Positions 22,581 to 31,839 of a DNA stretch of 64,000 nucleotides are shown here, one piece after another. A program made the translations under genes and the position numbers. Positions within the stretch are counted from its first letter, which is position 1, and each line of letters opens with the position of its first letter. This DNA is from Patescibacteria group bacterium UBA6201 (GTDB lineage Bacteria; Patescibacteriota; Minisyncoccia; Phycocordibacterales; UBA918), in assembly GCA_002422025.1 (NCBI GenBank), contig DISV01000005.1, positions 290,948 through 354,947 on the forward strand, in the 5' to 3' direction. The notes beneath the pieces were generated by a model, which did no database searches, was not told the origin of the DNA, and worked only from the letters and a program-made list of their open reading frames with translations.

Positions 22581-23828
22581 TTATCGCAGTCTCATTATTT
22601 CACTCCAACTTGTTGTGTATCGTGACGACTGAAAATTATGATTACTACCCCAAGACTCTTTGTAGCGTGCGCGCCCAATAGTGATACTATCCTTACCTAA
22701 ATTTTTGTTTACCGTGTCGATGACTGACATTAGTTTATTATCACTAACTTGCTGTGAGCCAAATAAATCTAATTGTAGGTGGTCATCAGCGGTTATCTGA
22801 CTCAAGACCACCCCAGCCTTCTTGTAAGGTACATCTTTCACAAATATAGCGCGTGCCAATCTTTCCACCTCTCTTAACAACACGATAGTATCGTTGGTTG
22901 GATAAGGAAGTACGGACTCGGAAGTAGCACCTTGGAGCACCCATTCACTATGGCGATTAGTACCGAGCATTATGGAAAGCTTTCCGGCTTTAGAGTGACT
23001 AGATCGGAGTTCCTCCGAGGCGCGAGCCGTATGATAAGCGAGCGCCTCCTCCAAAACGGCTAGAGAGGTGGTGGTTTTAGAGAAAGAGCGTGTGCTCATA
23101 ATGCTCTTTTGTTGTGCCTCATCATTCTCTGGCATTTTGGCAGGTATACCTCTAAGCTCAGAGCCTAATCGCGTTCCATTAACACCAAAAATTTTTTCTA
23201 TTCTTGAATTGTCGGCAGAAAGGAAGTCAGCCACAGTGATTAGATTATGCTCACGCATTTTTTGAGTCGTGGCGCCGCCCACTCCCCATATTTCAGACAA
23301 AGAAACCGTGTCTCTCTGTACCTCCCAATCTTTCATAGTTAATACTGACACTCCACTACCTCGCTTTTCTAGTTCACTGGCATACTTCGCTAGTGTCATT
23401 GTGGGTGCTAAACCAAAAGACAACGGTACACCTACATTCTTTTGTATCAGTGTTTTCAAACGAGCAAGTTCAATTTTGGCCTCCTTCACACTCTTCACCT
23501 CCATTGTGAAGAAAGCTTCGTCTACGGAATACTGATAAATCACGCCGAGCTCCTCATGCAGGGTATCCATCACTCTTTTTGAAATGTCGCTATATAAATC
23601 AAAGTTAGATGAAAAAACTTTGGCACCGGCCTTTTCTAATTCATCGCGCACCTTAAAGTACGGCACACCCATCGGCACACCGAGCTTTTTAACCTCCTCA
23701 CTTCTAGCTACAATAGCGCCGTCATTAGAAGACAAAACCACTACTGGGCGACCCCAAAGATCGGGTCGAAACACCCTCTCACAGGAAACAAAAAAGTTAT
23801 TACAATCTGCCAAACCGATGTATTTCAC
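22581..23828 (-). CDS. Y-family DNA polymerase (UmuC/DinB-like)
   Basis: N-terminal MKYIGLADCNNFFVSCERVFRPDLWGRPVVVLSSNDGAIVARSEEVKKLGV and SVDEAFF motifs of the UmuC/ImpB family. Confidence 0.85.
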   Translation of the reverse strand: MKYIGLADCNNFFVSCERVFRPDLWGRPVVVLSSNDGAIVARSEEVKKLGVPMGVPYFKVRDELEKAGAKVFSSNFDLYSDISKRVMDTLHEELGVIYQYSVDEAFFTMEVKSVKEAKIELARLKTLIQKNVGVPLSFGLAPTMTLAKYASELEKRGSGVSVLTMKDWEVQRDTVSLSEIWGVGGATTQKMREHNLITVADFLSADNSRIEKIFGVNGTRLGSELRGIPAKMPENDEAQQKSIMSTRSFSKTTTSLAVLEEALAYHTARASEELRSSHSKAGKLSIMLGTNRHSEWVLQGATSESVLPYPTNDTIVLLREVERLARAIFVKDVPYKKAGVVLSQITADDHLQLDLFGSQQVSDNKLMSVIDTVNKNLGKDSITIGRARYKESWGSNHNFQSSRYTTSWSEIMRLR

Positions 23829-24313
23829 CGTTATATTATACGCTTCCTCTCAACTGTATTGATATATATACATTTGTATGTCAATGTGCAGCACAAGAGA
23901 TATCCACTATGTCGAATAAACATTCAAGGTCGGGTGGAAAATTTAACGGTAACCACACTACCCTTATACCGGCTGCTTGCTGCGTGGCTGATATCGCAGA
24001 GTCTTGCACCGCGGTTACGAAAATTTCACCAGGATTCATAAAAGCAGGCCTGAAGTCAGTCAACGGCATAAGGCGAGTCAAAATAACTGACGACAAATTG
24101 TGTCTATTGCTCTCCGTGCGAGACAATACTTCACACCAAGAAATTCGTATTTACGTTAATGATATACAGGCAGCCAAGCGTACAATCATAAAGGGTGCAA
24201 AGTCAGCAGGACTCAACGTATCATTTGGTGGTGAAAAAATACAAAGGTCACACAATTAAATATGAACACGGTCTCAACAATACCTTTCTACAAAACGTGC
24301 TACCGGTCCTACT

Positions 24314-24811
24314 TTAAAATGTCTGTATTGAAAGATAAGTCACCATCGGAATCACCCAAGTGAGCCAGTCAACTACTCCTTTCTGTCTAGATTGCCCATA
24401 CCGCTTTGGATGCAAATGGAACTCTTGAATAAACAAGACAACAATCGCCGTGGCCATCAGTACGTAAAGCGCTCTGTCACTTCCGAATAATTTTTGTGAC
24501 AGGAGTGTAGCAAATATAATGAACAAGACTGCACCAAGGAGATGGAAGGAAGCTCGATAGAAAGTCAGCTTATAGCCAAGACGTTGCGGACCATAGGTCA
24601 GAAAAGCATTATTAAGCGCGTTCAAGTAAGAACGCCTGCCTCTGACCCAACGTCCCTCAATCTCGTTAGCAAAAGGATAAAGGCGATCTGGTATTGTTTC
24701 TATAAACTCGTAGATTTGGGAAAATAGTTGTCGCATATCACTCTCAATATTATAGATAATTGTATTTTTATTATTGGTACTGGATATAGATCGGTGACGG
24801 TGTGAGGTCAA
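24314..24811 (-). CDS. Hypothetical membrane protein
   Basis: 165-aa ORF with hydrophobic helices; no homology recognised. Confidence 0.4.
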   Translation of the reverse strand: MTSHRHRSISSTNNKNTIIYNIESDMRQLFSQIYEFIETIPDRLYPFANEIEGRWVRGRRSYLNALNNAFLTYGPQRLGYKLTFYRASFHLLGAVLFIIFATLLSQKLFGSDRALYVLMATAIVVLFIQEFHLHPKRYGQSRQKGVVDWLTWVIPMVTYLSIQTF

Positions 24812-25877
24812 GTACTTCCTTTGGAGTCATAAGGCGAGTACTTGGCGCACGGAGGTCATTTTTATAGAATAATTTAAATCCCGTGAATTGAACTGGTTCA
24901 GGAGTAATTACGCGGGCATAGGTGTTTACTTTTTTGGCTGGCTCACCCCAACCATCCATATCGATTACCATTTGCACCTCGGGAAGTAGCTTAATATCAT
25001 CGTAGTTAGTGAGCATATTTTGTGTAAAGCGGTGGAGGAGTAGGATCTTCGGTGGCAGATTATGTTCCTTCACAATCCCTGCAAGATATTCTGCTGCCCA
25101 GTTCACGTCCTGTGCATCCATACTTCCCATGTACTCTCCTGGTGCCTGTCCCGCCCTCATATAAAATTCTGGATCAATCGCAAGATGTACCTCAGGCATC
25201 GCCAAATACTTCTCCAGGAGTGGAGCTTCAGTACGAATATTGCTGAGCCCAACCTGTAGGTCTATGAATACTATACCGTCAACCTGCTTAGCAAGTTCAA
25301 GGGCATAATCTATCTGACTATCTGGCATACGGAGACGATACTTACCATCATCTCCAGCGCTACCCTGAGCAGTCACCGCTATGTAGTGGATAGCGGGAAT
25401 TACTGGAGTATCAGGGTCTGCAGCCTCCCATTTTGCTACTTCAGCCTTAAGCATTGAGAGCATTTCTCTCTCTGAATACTCACCCAATACCCCCATGCCT
25501 TTAGAATAAAAGTTTCCGTAATATGCGACGATGCGGTTAAACGGCAATAGCGCTCCTGGTAACGGGTATGATGCATTGCTATTCGCCCAACGCTCCTGTA
25601 ATGATGTCATCTCTGTACTACTTCCGACGCTGGTCTTATCAACTACAGAAAGGTGTGCCAATCGTCGCATCCGCAAATCATAGTCAGCCTTATCTAGTTC
25701 TGGTTGTAGCTTTTCCGAGATTTGAGAATCAACTCCCGCCTCCACCTCGAGCACACGCTCATATGTCACAGTTGAGAGTTGTGTCAAAAATTGAAAGATG
25801 AGTATCATTCCGACAAATAAAGCGATTGTCGAGACTGCTATTACTGTGTATTTTTTACCGCTCAAATAACGCCACAT
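24771..25877 (-). CDS. Hypothetical membrane-anchored extracytoplasmic protein (possibly TIM-barrel hydrolase-like)
   Basis: 368-aa ORF with an N-terminal TM anchor. The domain assignment is a guess. Confidence 0.45.
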   Translation of the reverse strand: MWRYLSGKKYTVIAVSTIALFVGMILIFQFLTQLSTVTYERVLEVEAGVDSQISEKLQPELDKADYDLRMRRLAHLSVVDKTSVGSSTEMTSLQERWANSNASYPLPGALLPFNRIVAYYGNFYSKGMGVLGEYSEREMLSMLKAEVAKWEAADPDTPVIPAIHYIAVTAQGSAGDDGKYRLRMPDSQIDYALELAKQVDGIVFIDLQVGLSNIRTEAPLLEKYLAMPEVHLAIDPEFYMRAGQAPGEYMGSMDAQDVNWAAEYLAGIVKEHNLPPKILLLHRFTQNMLTNYDDIKLLPEVQMVIDMDGWGEPAKKVNTYARVITPEPVQFTGFKLFYKNDLRAPSTRLMTPKEVLDLTPSPIYIQYQ

Positions 25878-25970
25878 GATTACCTAGTGTATCCTATGTA
25901 CTCACGTAAAGCCAAAACAACTTGTTTGTTATCCTAATTTTAGGAATTTCCGTATAGAGAATCGAAATAA

Positions 25971-26279
25971 CTAACACAAGTGTCGAAGCAAGCCCGTTAT
26001 CACGCCCCATAAGGTGACATCTTCTTCCAAGTTACTCCCTACGGAGTGTCTCTGGACCTTAAGTTCCCCGTCTTCTGCGACCACCAGAATACTGCCACGC
26101 TTAGGACTAAGTGAGCGATCTACTACTAAGGTATCTCCAGCTTTTATATCCGTACCCTCAGGACCATCCGACTCCATCTTCATAAAAAAAGTAGAGCTAG
26201 GGTGCTTGACCATCAAATCGTGGATGTCGAGTGGTCTTTCTTCCCCACTATTTTTCATTACATCAAAAACTTTTCCCAT
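25971..26279 (-). CDS. Stand-alone S24 peptidase-like domain protein (UmuD/LexA C-terminal-like, no HTH)
   Basis: MKMESDGPEGTDIKAGDTLVVDRSLSPKRGSILVVAEDGELKVQRH aligns with the LexA/UmuD GMSM...DGDLL.V...G.IVVA..DGE.TVKRL core. A Ser and a Lys sit in the expected positions. At 102 aa it is UmuD'-sized. Confidence 0.6.
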   Translation of the reverse strand: MGKVFDVMKNSGEERPLDIHDLMVKHPSSTFFMKMESDGPEGTDIKAGDTLVVDRSLSPKRGSILVVAEDGELKVQRHSVGSNLEEDVTLWGVITGLLRHLC

Positions 26280-26333
26280 ACTTTATTCTAGTTTAAAGTT
26301 TTTAGACTCAGAGTGAACTTCACTAAATTTTTT

Positions 26334-26447
26334 AAATCGAATGCAGTTCTGATGGTTGGAGAAAATTTTATGAGGGAGACGTATACGACATACGATGACT
26401 GAATAAAATTTTTGAAACCACAGAAATGCATCGATTTTAGAAGTTTT
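26334..26447. repeat. Copy A of a ~105-115 bp intergenic element with terminal inverted repeats (MITE-like or structured regulatory RNA)
   Basis: About 85% identical to 54873-54985. Its ends form an inverted repeat (aaatcgaatgcagttctg ... cagaaatgcatcgattt). It starts right at the stop of the CAP-domain gene and lies immediately upstream of the UmuD-like gene. Confidence 0.6.
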
Positions 26448-27492
26448 AGGCTATGAGAGCGCCAGAAGAGGCAAGCAAATGAACCTGAAACAACACAATC
26501 ATCATCAAAAGCATAACTGTCGCATAAGCAATCTGTATCGGATGATGCCTTCTCCACTCAATAATGATGGAAGCTAGTAAAGCCCCAATTATAAACAAAC
26601 CGAGAATAGAATAAATGATCTGGAGCAACAGGCGCGGAGAGGTCAAAATACGCCAAAAGGTTGAAGGCCTTGAAGTGATATTGTCAGTCGGTGCAGAAAT
26701 TATCTCTTCAACATTCTCTACTGCCGTGGCAGCAAAACTTTCATAGACCACGGTTCCATCACTGGTTACACTCGCATTTATCTCGCTGTCTTCTGTAACA
26801 CCGGCGACCTGTGCAGGGATAACAGGCTCTGTTTCCTCTACAATTACTTGCTCAGGTTCAGTCAGCACAAGTTCAGTTTCTGTAATTTCAGGAACCACCT
26901 CAGACACTGTTGCTGGTGCTGCTACCGCAACCGCTGGAGTACCAAACATCTGTACAACAAAAACTGTGTCAAAACCTTCGTATTCACCCTTTGCTGTTCC
27001 GATACCAATCTCAGTATACTTGGTGTTCATAATATTCTCGCGGTGTGTGGGAGACTTAAGCCAAGCATCAACCACTACAGTTGAGTCAGTGAAGTGTACA
27101 GCCAAGTTTTCACCAGCGTGAATGTAGGAATAACCAGCTTCGGTAAACCAATGCCACGGAGAGACACCAGCGGGACTCCAGTGGGCAAAGTAGCCATTCT
27201 TCGCCATATCTTCGGCCTTAAGGCGTGCTGCCTCGTCGAGAACTGGGTTTCTAACTAGTGGAGACTTACCCTCTTCAACACGAGCAGAGTTGGTGGCGTC
27301 GGTCACAACAGCTGGCAAAATTGTAGAGACCAACCATTCAGAACTGACCCAAAGAATTGATTGCAGATTAGCAATGGAAAAGGAGATGAGGACCAAGCCC
27401 ATCATACCAACCAAAGCCGCCCGTTGAAGGACGTGCGGCTTAAAGTCGTTCTCAGCATTCGGAACAAAAAACTTTTTCAGCCAGTTTTTCAC
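26446..27492 (-). CDS. CAP/SCP/PR1-like domain protein with N-terminal TM anchor and C-terminal TM helix
   Basis: CAP domain motifs (GYFAHWSPAG, HAGENLA, VVDAWLKSPTHRENIMNTKYTEIGIG). Confidence 0.75.
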   Translation of the reverse strand: MKNWLKKFFVPNAENDFKPHVLQRAALVGMMGLVLISFSIANLQSILWVSSEWLVSTILPAVVTDATNSARVEEGKSPLVRNPVLDEAARLKAEDMAKNGYFAHWSPAGVSPWHWFTEAGYSYIHAGENLAVHFTDSTVVVDAWLKSPTHRENIMNTKYTEIGIGTAKGEYEGFDTVFVVQMFGTPAVAVAAPATVSEVVPEITETELVLTEPEQVIVEETEPVIPAQVAGVTEDSEINASVTSDGTVVYESFAATAVENVEEIISAPTDNITSRPSTFWRILTSPRLLLQIIYSILGLFIIGALLASIIIEWRRHHPIQIAYATVMLLMMIVLFQVHLLASSGALIA

Positions 27493-27688
27493 CTGGTCAT
27501 TATAACACTACAAAATCGGAAACGAGAGTCCGCTAGATAGTGGTTATTTCTATCGTCAAAGCTAAATAAGCTTTTAATTATTTTAGATTATGGTGACGGT
27601 TTGTCGAATAAGTAGCAGTGACATAAGTACATAAGAAAAGGCGCAGGTCTCAGACCTGCGCCTTTTCTTAAGCTAGTTGCTTACCTCC

Positions 27689-30600
27689 TTATTCAAGACT
27701 CCAGAAGTAGGCAGTAATAGCTCCAATGGTCACTATTAGTGACGGCCAGAAAGCTCCTACCAGTCCGAAGAATACTGCACCAGCTAATAGTAGCAAGGCG
27801 ACAGCCATAAATGTGCTCTGTACTGCCCTCATAGCCATAGTCTCAGGATATTCGTTTCTTCTCCAGAGTGCTACAGCAGAAGCTAGTAACCAGAGAAGCA
27901 CTAGTAGCCAGTAATAATTCTGCCACGAGCTAAGTATGGCTCCTTCAGAATCTTCATCTTCTTCGTTTACAGTCATCTCGGTAATCTCATTCTCTTCTTG
28001 TCCTTCAGCATCTTTTGCTTCTTGTACGAGCTGCAAGTCAGCTTGTGTGATTGAATCACCCAATACAACACCTGATGACTGACCTGCTGGACTTTGAGCC
28101 GAGACATAGGAAGCAAGTAGGAACTCAGCTAGACGATTCTTAATTTGTTCAAGCAAATCGTATATTTCTCCGTCCGTGCTAGCACCAAGTACTCGAGGAG
28201 TAGCACTTCTATTTGTTCCTCCACCTCCTCCACCCCCACCTCCGTCAGTATCAGTGTTAGTTTCAGGGATAACTGTGTTAGTAGTTGGTTCGAAGTCATA
28301 TGCCTCAGTATGAGTATTATTGCCAGTCTTAATACCGATTACAAAGTTATCAATATTACCTGTAAACCCACCTGGATAAGGCTCTCCTACTCGAACACCA
28401 AGGAATGAGTCAGTTGTACGAGTACCTGCGTTAGGGAATGCGGCCTTAATTTGATTCCATGTCTTTGTTACTGAACCAGAGTCACCACCAAGCTCTGCTG
28501 GCCAATTAGCTCCGGAATACTTCCAAAGAGCATTGCCTCCATTTATAGCATCCCACTCTTGCCAAGTATCTGCCAATACAGTGCCATTGTCTCTTGGTAC
28601 ATAAATAAGTCGTCGTTGCCAAGTATCAGTGCCATTAAAGTCAACATTGAAGTGCAAATAAGGTGCTGCATTTACACCAGCGCCGTTTCCAGCCGACTGA
28701 GAGTAGGTTGAGAATTTAAGGTCAGTAATATCAGCCAACTTTACGTTACTGAACTGATAAGTGGCCAAGTTGCGTCGTGCATTGGTACTAGACGCAACCT
28801 CTACAGGCACACTGATTTCAACACTACCTAGACCTAGTAGCACTCCAGCAGGACCAGTCACAAATGAGCCCAAACTGTTGTTGACTCCTTCAGCTCCATC
28901 AATACTTCCTGTCTGATCATTATAGAAGAACCAATTAGTTGATGAGAGATCTTCAGCTTCAACTGTAGTAGTGCCAGAAGTAAATGATGGTGGAGTAGAT
29001 GGAGTGGTTTTGTAGACAATAGTGAATTCATCGCTGCACTCTGATTCATGACCGCCGTTATCGACAGCAATAATACAGAAGTAGTGAGTCCCCTCTCCTT
29101 GGTTAAAGGAACCTGAGCGTGAGTTTGCAGAACCATTGTTCACCGTCCAAGCAGTAGATGTACTGTTGAAAGCAGAGGTAGAAATGTTGTTCCAGTACTT
29201 GTATATGTAGTGACTAAAGTCTGGTTCGGTATTAGCGTCCCAAACTGCGGTACCAGAAACCAACTCGGTTGTGCCACCGTCAGCCACAGGGTTACTGTTT
29301 GAGTCGTTCCATCCTAGACCGGTTGGGACAGCTGGAGTGCCGTTCATTGGGCCTGAACCATCTACATCGTAGTAGTAGTGAACAGGGTCACTCCAACCAC
29401 TAACGTTGCCGGCATTATCAAAGGCACGAACCCAGATGGTCACACCACCTTGTTCAGAAGTTGAAGGAATATGATTGCGAGAAGTGCCGTCTACGTCACG
29501 ACAACCTACCCAATCTCCATCAATAGTTACGTCTGGACAGGTAGAAGCGCTAAACGTATGTCCATCGTCATAACGGTAAGCGATTTGGTAATAGTCGATA
29601 CCGCTAGCATCAGTGACTACAGTCCATTCATTTAGAATCGGAGCAGTTGTAAAGATTTGTTCAGGATTTGGAAAAGTTATTTCTGGTACAGATGGTCCAG
29701 TAGCATCATAAGTAACTACAAAAGGATCAGAGTAGTTAGAACAATCATCAGAGGAATTACAGGCACTGAATGCAAAATAATGAGTCCCCTCACCTTGAGT
29801 GAAATTGTCGTTATACACTCCAAGACTAGATGAGTGAAGTGCTAAGTTGGTTGGATTCCAAGGAGTAGCCTCTTTAAAGACTGACCCGACGATATCATTC
29901 CAATACTTAAGTTGATAACGATTAACATCAAGTGAGGACGAGAGGTCAAAGGTAAAGTATTGCTCTTGAGTATACCCGCCATTAGACACGACTGTATTGC
30001 TCGGAGTTGCAGTGAAGATTGCTGTTGGAATTGTGGGAGTCTCTGTAACTTCACCAAGTTCAAGGTCAGACCAGATAGTTGTGTAACTTTGCCCACCATT
30101 GAAACTATTAAATATAGTCTCATTAAACTGATTGAAATTATGTCCATCAATTATAGAACTGTACGAATGAACAAGACTTCCATCAACAAAAAATTCAAAT
30201 TGATTAGTATATGGGTTTTGTAACACTTCAAGACTTACACTTGTACCATAGGTACTTGATGCCACATCAGTCCAGCCACCATTTGCTGTATCCCATACTC
30301 GAATCCGAGGATTCGCTTCAAGATTTGTAAACTCAATGATTGGCCAAGCCAAAGAACCAGTGGTTGTGGCAGACAAAACGCCCCATAAACCAGCACGCAC
30401 ATCTGTTACAGAACTCCATGAACTGTCGATATACAGATTTGCTTTGACGCTATTATTGCCACTTGGGAGAGTCGCCTTTACTCCTTCCGTTTTATAGTAA
30501 CCTTCAGGACTTGCAGAAGGACCATGTACATTAATAACTAACTGATCGGGTGTAGCAGTCCATCCACCAGTTGGGTTAGTACGGTCAGGCGACCAAGTTA

Positions 30601-31525
30601 ATCCGCCGAATTCTTGTGGTGTATGCACTACCACGAAAATCGTAAAGTGATTAAGTTCAGAAATCGTTACAGTATCTTCTGATGCTTGAACCTGAACACT
30701 ATCATCAGAAATGATATCAGCGTTGGAGAGTTGATCTACACTTTCAGCATACACAATACTTGGGACTTCATTTGCACTAGACGGCAAAGGTAATTCGAGA
30801 TCATAAGCAAACATACCATTCTCCATCGAAGAAGTAATATCGTAAGCAACATTACTTATAGCCCCCAATGAAGCCACCTGTTCGTCAGTCAAAATAACCT
30901 CCTCAATAGATAGACTGCCAGCAACTTCTGGGAGGCTAGTGAAAGTAACTTTTACTTGGGAGTTTTGTGGAGCAACATACGCCACACCTAATTTAACGTT
31001 ATCGACTGTAGCAACACCATTCTCGCCGAGCTGAAGGGTTACTTCTTTATTCCCAGAAAAAAGATCAACTGCTTCTTTTACTATTGCAGAAGCTGCTTCA
31101 ATCACTGTCGAAACAATACCTTTATTTTCCTCATCAACTACATCATCTGAACTAGATGCAACTTCTTCCGAACTAGATGCCACATCTTCTGTAGTAGTTG
31201 CACTTTCGTTTTCATCAGAAATAGTTGGAATATTCTCCACTTCATCAACCCCACTTTCTTCGTTATCAATAATTTCTGTGGCCTCTTGTTGTTCTGCGAC
31301 TTCTTCAGAAGCTTCAACCTCCTCAACAAGTTCCTCAGAATCTTCAACTTGCTCAGAACTTTCCGATACAACTTCTGGAGTTGAAATTTCTGTCGGCTCT
31401 GCATTAACTTCCTCAGCGTAAGTAGTTAACACACCAATCGGCAAAGATGTTACCAAGAGTGAGGCTATAGCTAATAAAGCGGCGGTCTTTCGTAGTGAAT
31501 TTGGGATTCTGTGTGTGTAGTTCAT
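27689..31525 (-). CDS. Giant cell-surface protein (1278 aa): signal peptide, acidic N-terminal region, repeated Ig-like modules, poly-Gly linker, C-terminal TM domain
   Basis: Signal peptide. Internal paralogous repeats (YWNDIVGSVF...GEGTHYFAFSACNSSDDCS / YKYWNNISTSAF...GEGTHYFCIIAVDNGGHESECS). A ~200-aa module shared with the 32969..34984 protein. A GGGGGGGG tract followed by TPRVLGASTD. Three C-terminal TM helices. Confidence 0.7.
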   Translation of the reverse strand: MNYTHRIPNSLRKTAALLAIASLLVTSLPIGVLTTYAEEVNAEPTEISTPEVVSESSEQVEDSEELVEEVEASEEVAEQQEATEIIDNEESGVDEVENIPTISDENESATTTEDVASSSEEVASSSDDVVDEENKGIVSTVIEAASAIVKEAVDLFSGNKEVTLQLGENGVATVDNVKLGVAYVAPQNSQVKVTFTSLPEVAGSLSIEEVILTDEQVASLGAISNVAYDITSSMENGMFAYDLELPLPSSANEVPSIVYAESVDQLSNADIISDDSVQVQASEDTVTISELNHFTIFVVVHTPQEFGGLTWSPDRTNPTGGWTATPDQLVINVHGPSASPEGYYKTEGVKATLPSGNNSVKANLYIDSSWSSVTDVRAGLWGVLSATTTGSLAWPIIEFTNLEANPRIRVWDTANGGWTDVASSTYGTSVSLEVLQNPYTNQFEFFVDGSLVHSYSSIIDGHNFNQFNETIFNSFNGGQSYTTIWSDLELGEVTETPTIPTAIFTATPSNTVVSNGGYTQEQYFTFDLSSSLDVNRYQLKYWNDIVGSVFKEATPWNPTNLALHSSSLGVYNDNFTQGEGTHYFAFSACNSSDDCSNYSDPFVVTYDATGPSVPEITFPNPEQIFTTAPILNEWTVVTDASGIDYYQIAYRYDDGHTFSASTCPDVTIDGDWVGCRDVDGTSRNHIPSTSEQGGVTIWVRAFDNAGNVSGWSDPVHYYYDVDGSGPMNGTPAVPTGLGWNDSNSNPVADGGTTELVSGTAVWDANTEPDFSHYIYKYWNNISTSAFNSTSTAWTVNNGSANSRSGSFNQGEGTHYFCIIAVDNGGHESECSDEFTIVYKTTPSTPPSFTSGTTTVEAEDLSSTNWFFYNDQTGSIDGAEGVNNSLGSFVTGPAGVLLGLGSVEISVPVEVASSTNARRNLATYQFSNVKLADITDLKFSTYSQSAGNGAGVNAAPYLHFNVDFNGTDTWQRRLIYVPRDNGTVLADTWQEWDAINGGNALWKYSGANWPAELGGDSGSVTKTWNQIKAAFPNAGTRTTDSFLGVRVGEPYPGGFTGNIDNFVIGIKTGNNTHTEAYDFEPTTNTVIPETNTDTDGGGGGGGGGTNRSATPRVLGASTDGEIYDLLEQIKNRLAEFLLASYVSAQSPAGQSSGVVLGDSITQADLQLVQEAKDAEGQEENEITEMTVNEEDEDSEGAILSSWQNYYWLLVLLWLLASAVALWRRNEYPETMAMRAVQSTFMAVALLLLAGAVFFGLVGAFWPSLIVTIGAITAYFWSLE

Positions 31526-31839
31526 AAAATTTCTAATATTCTGAATAAAACCAAATTATTTATGCTGAAATAAGATCAAGATATAAAAAACGGGCCACAC
31601 ACGAAATCGTATGCGGCTTTAAACCGTCCCCCTCCAATATCCTACCCCTTTACAGTCAGCATTCATTAGTATTTTTAACACTACACTCTTTTTTCCTCTT
31701 ATGCCAATTGACACCAAGAATTAATTATGTGATATGTTGCTCCTATAAAGATTCAGTGCCTAAAGTAAACTTACTGTTTTGTTGTCTAACCCTCCGTTTT
31801 TGTAGTAATTAAGGTGCTCTTACTCTCTTGGACCCTACT

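Noticed and set aside
23881-24259. Overlapping small ORFs (23881..24126 -, 23909..24259 +) just upstream of the Y-family polymerase, considered as a possible umuD
   Set aside because: The minus-strand ORF has only a TTG start right after an in-frame stop. It lacks the Ser/Lys dyad context; the similarity (VQDSAISAT vs VDSAITAS) is short. A much better S24-domain protein exists at 25971..26279.
26288-26557. 89-aa ORF (and the analogous 54789..54971 60-aa ORF) covering the repeated element
   Set aside because: Both arise from the ~110-bp nucleotide repeat and overlap neighbouring genes (the CAP-domain gene 3' end; the 94-aa gene 5' end). The shared peptide segment reflects DNA identity, not selection on a protein.
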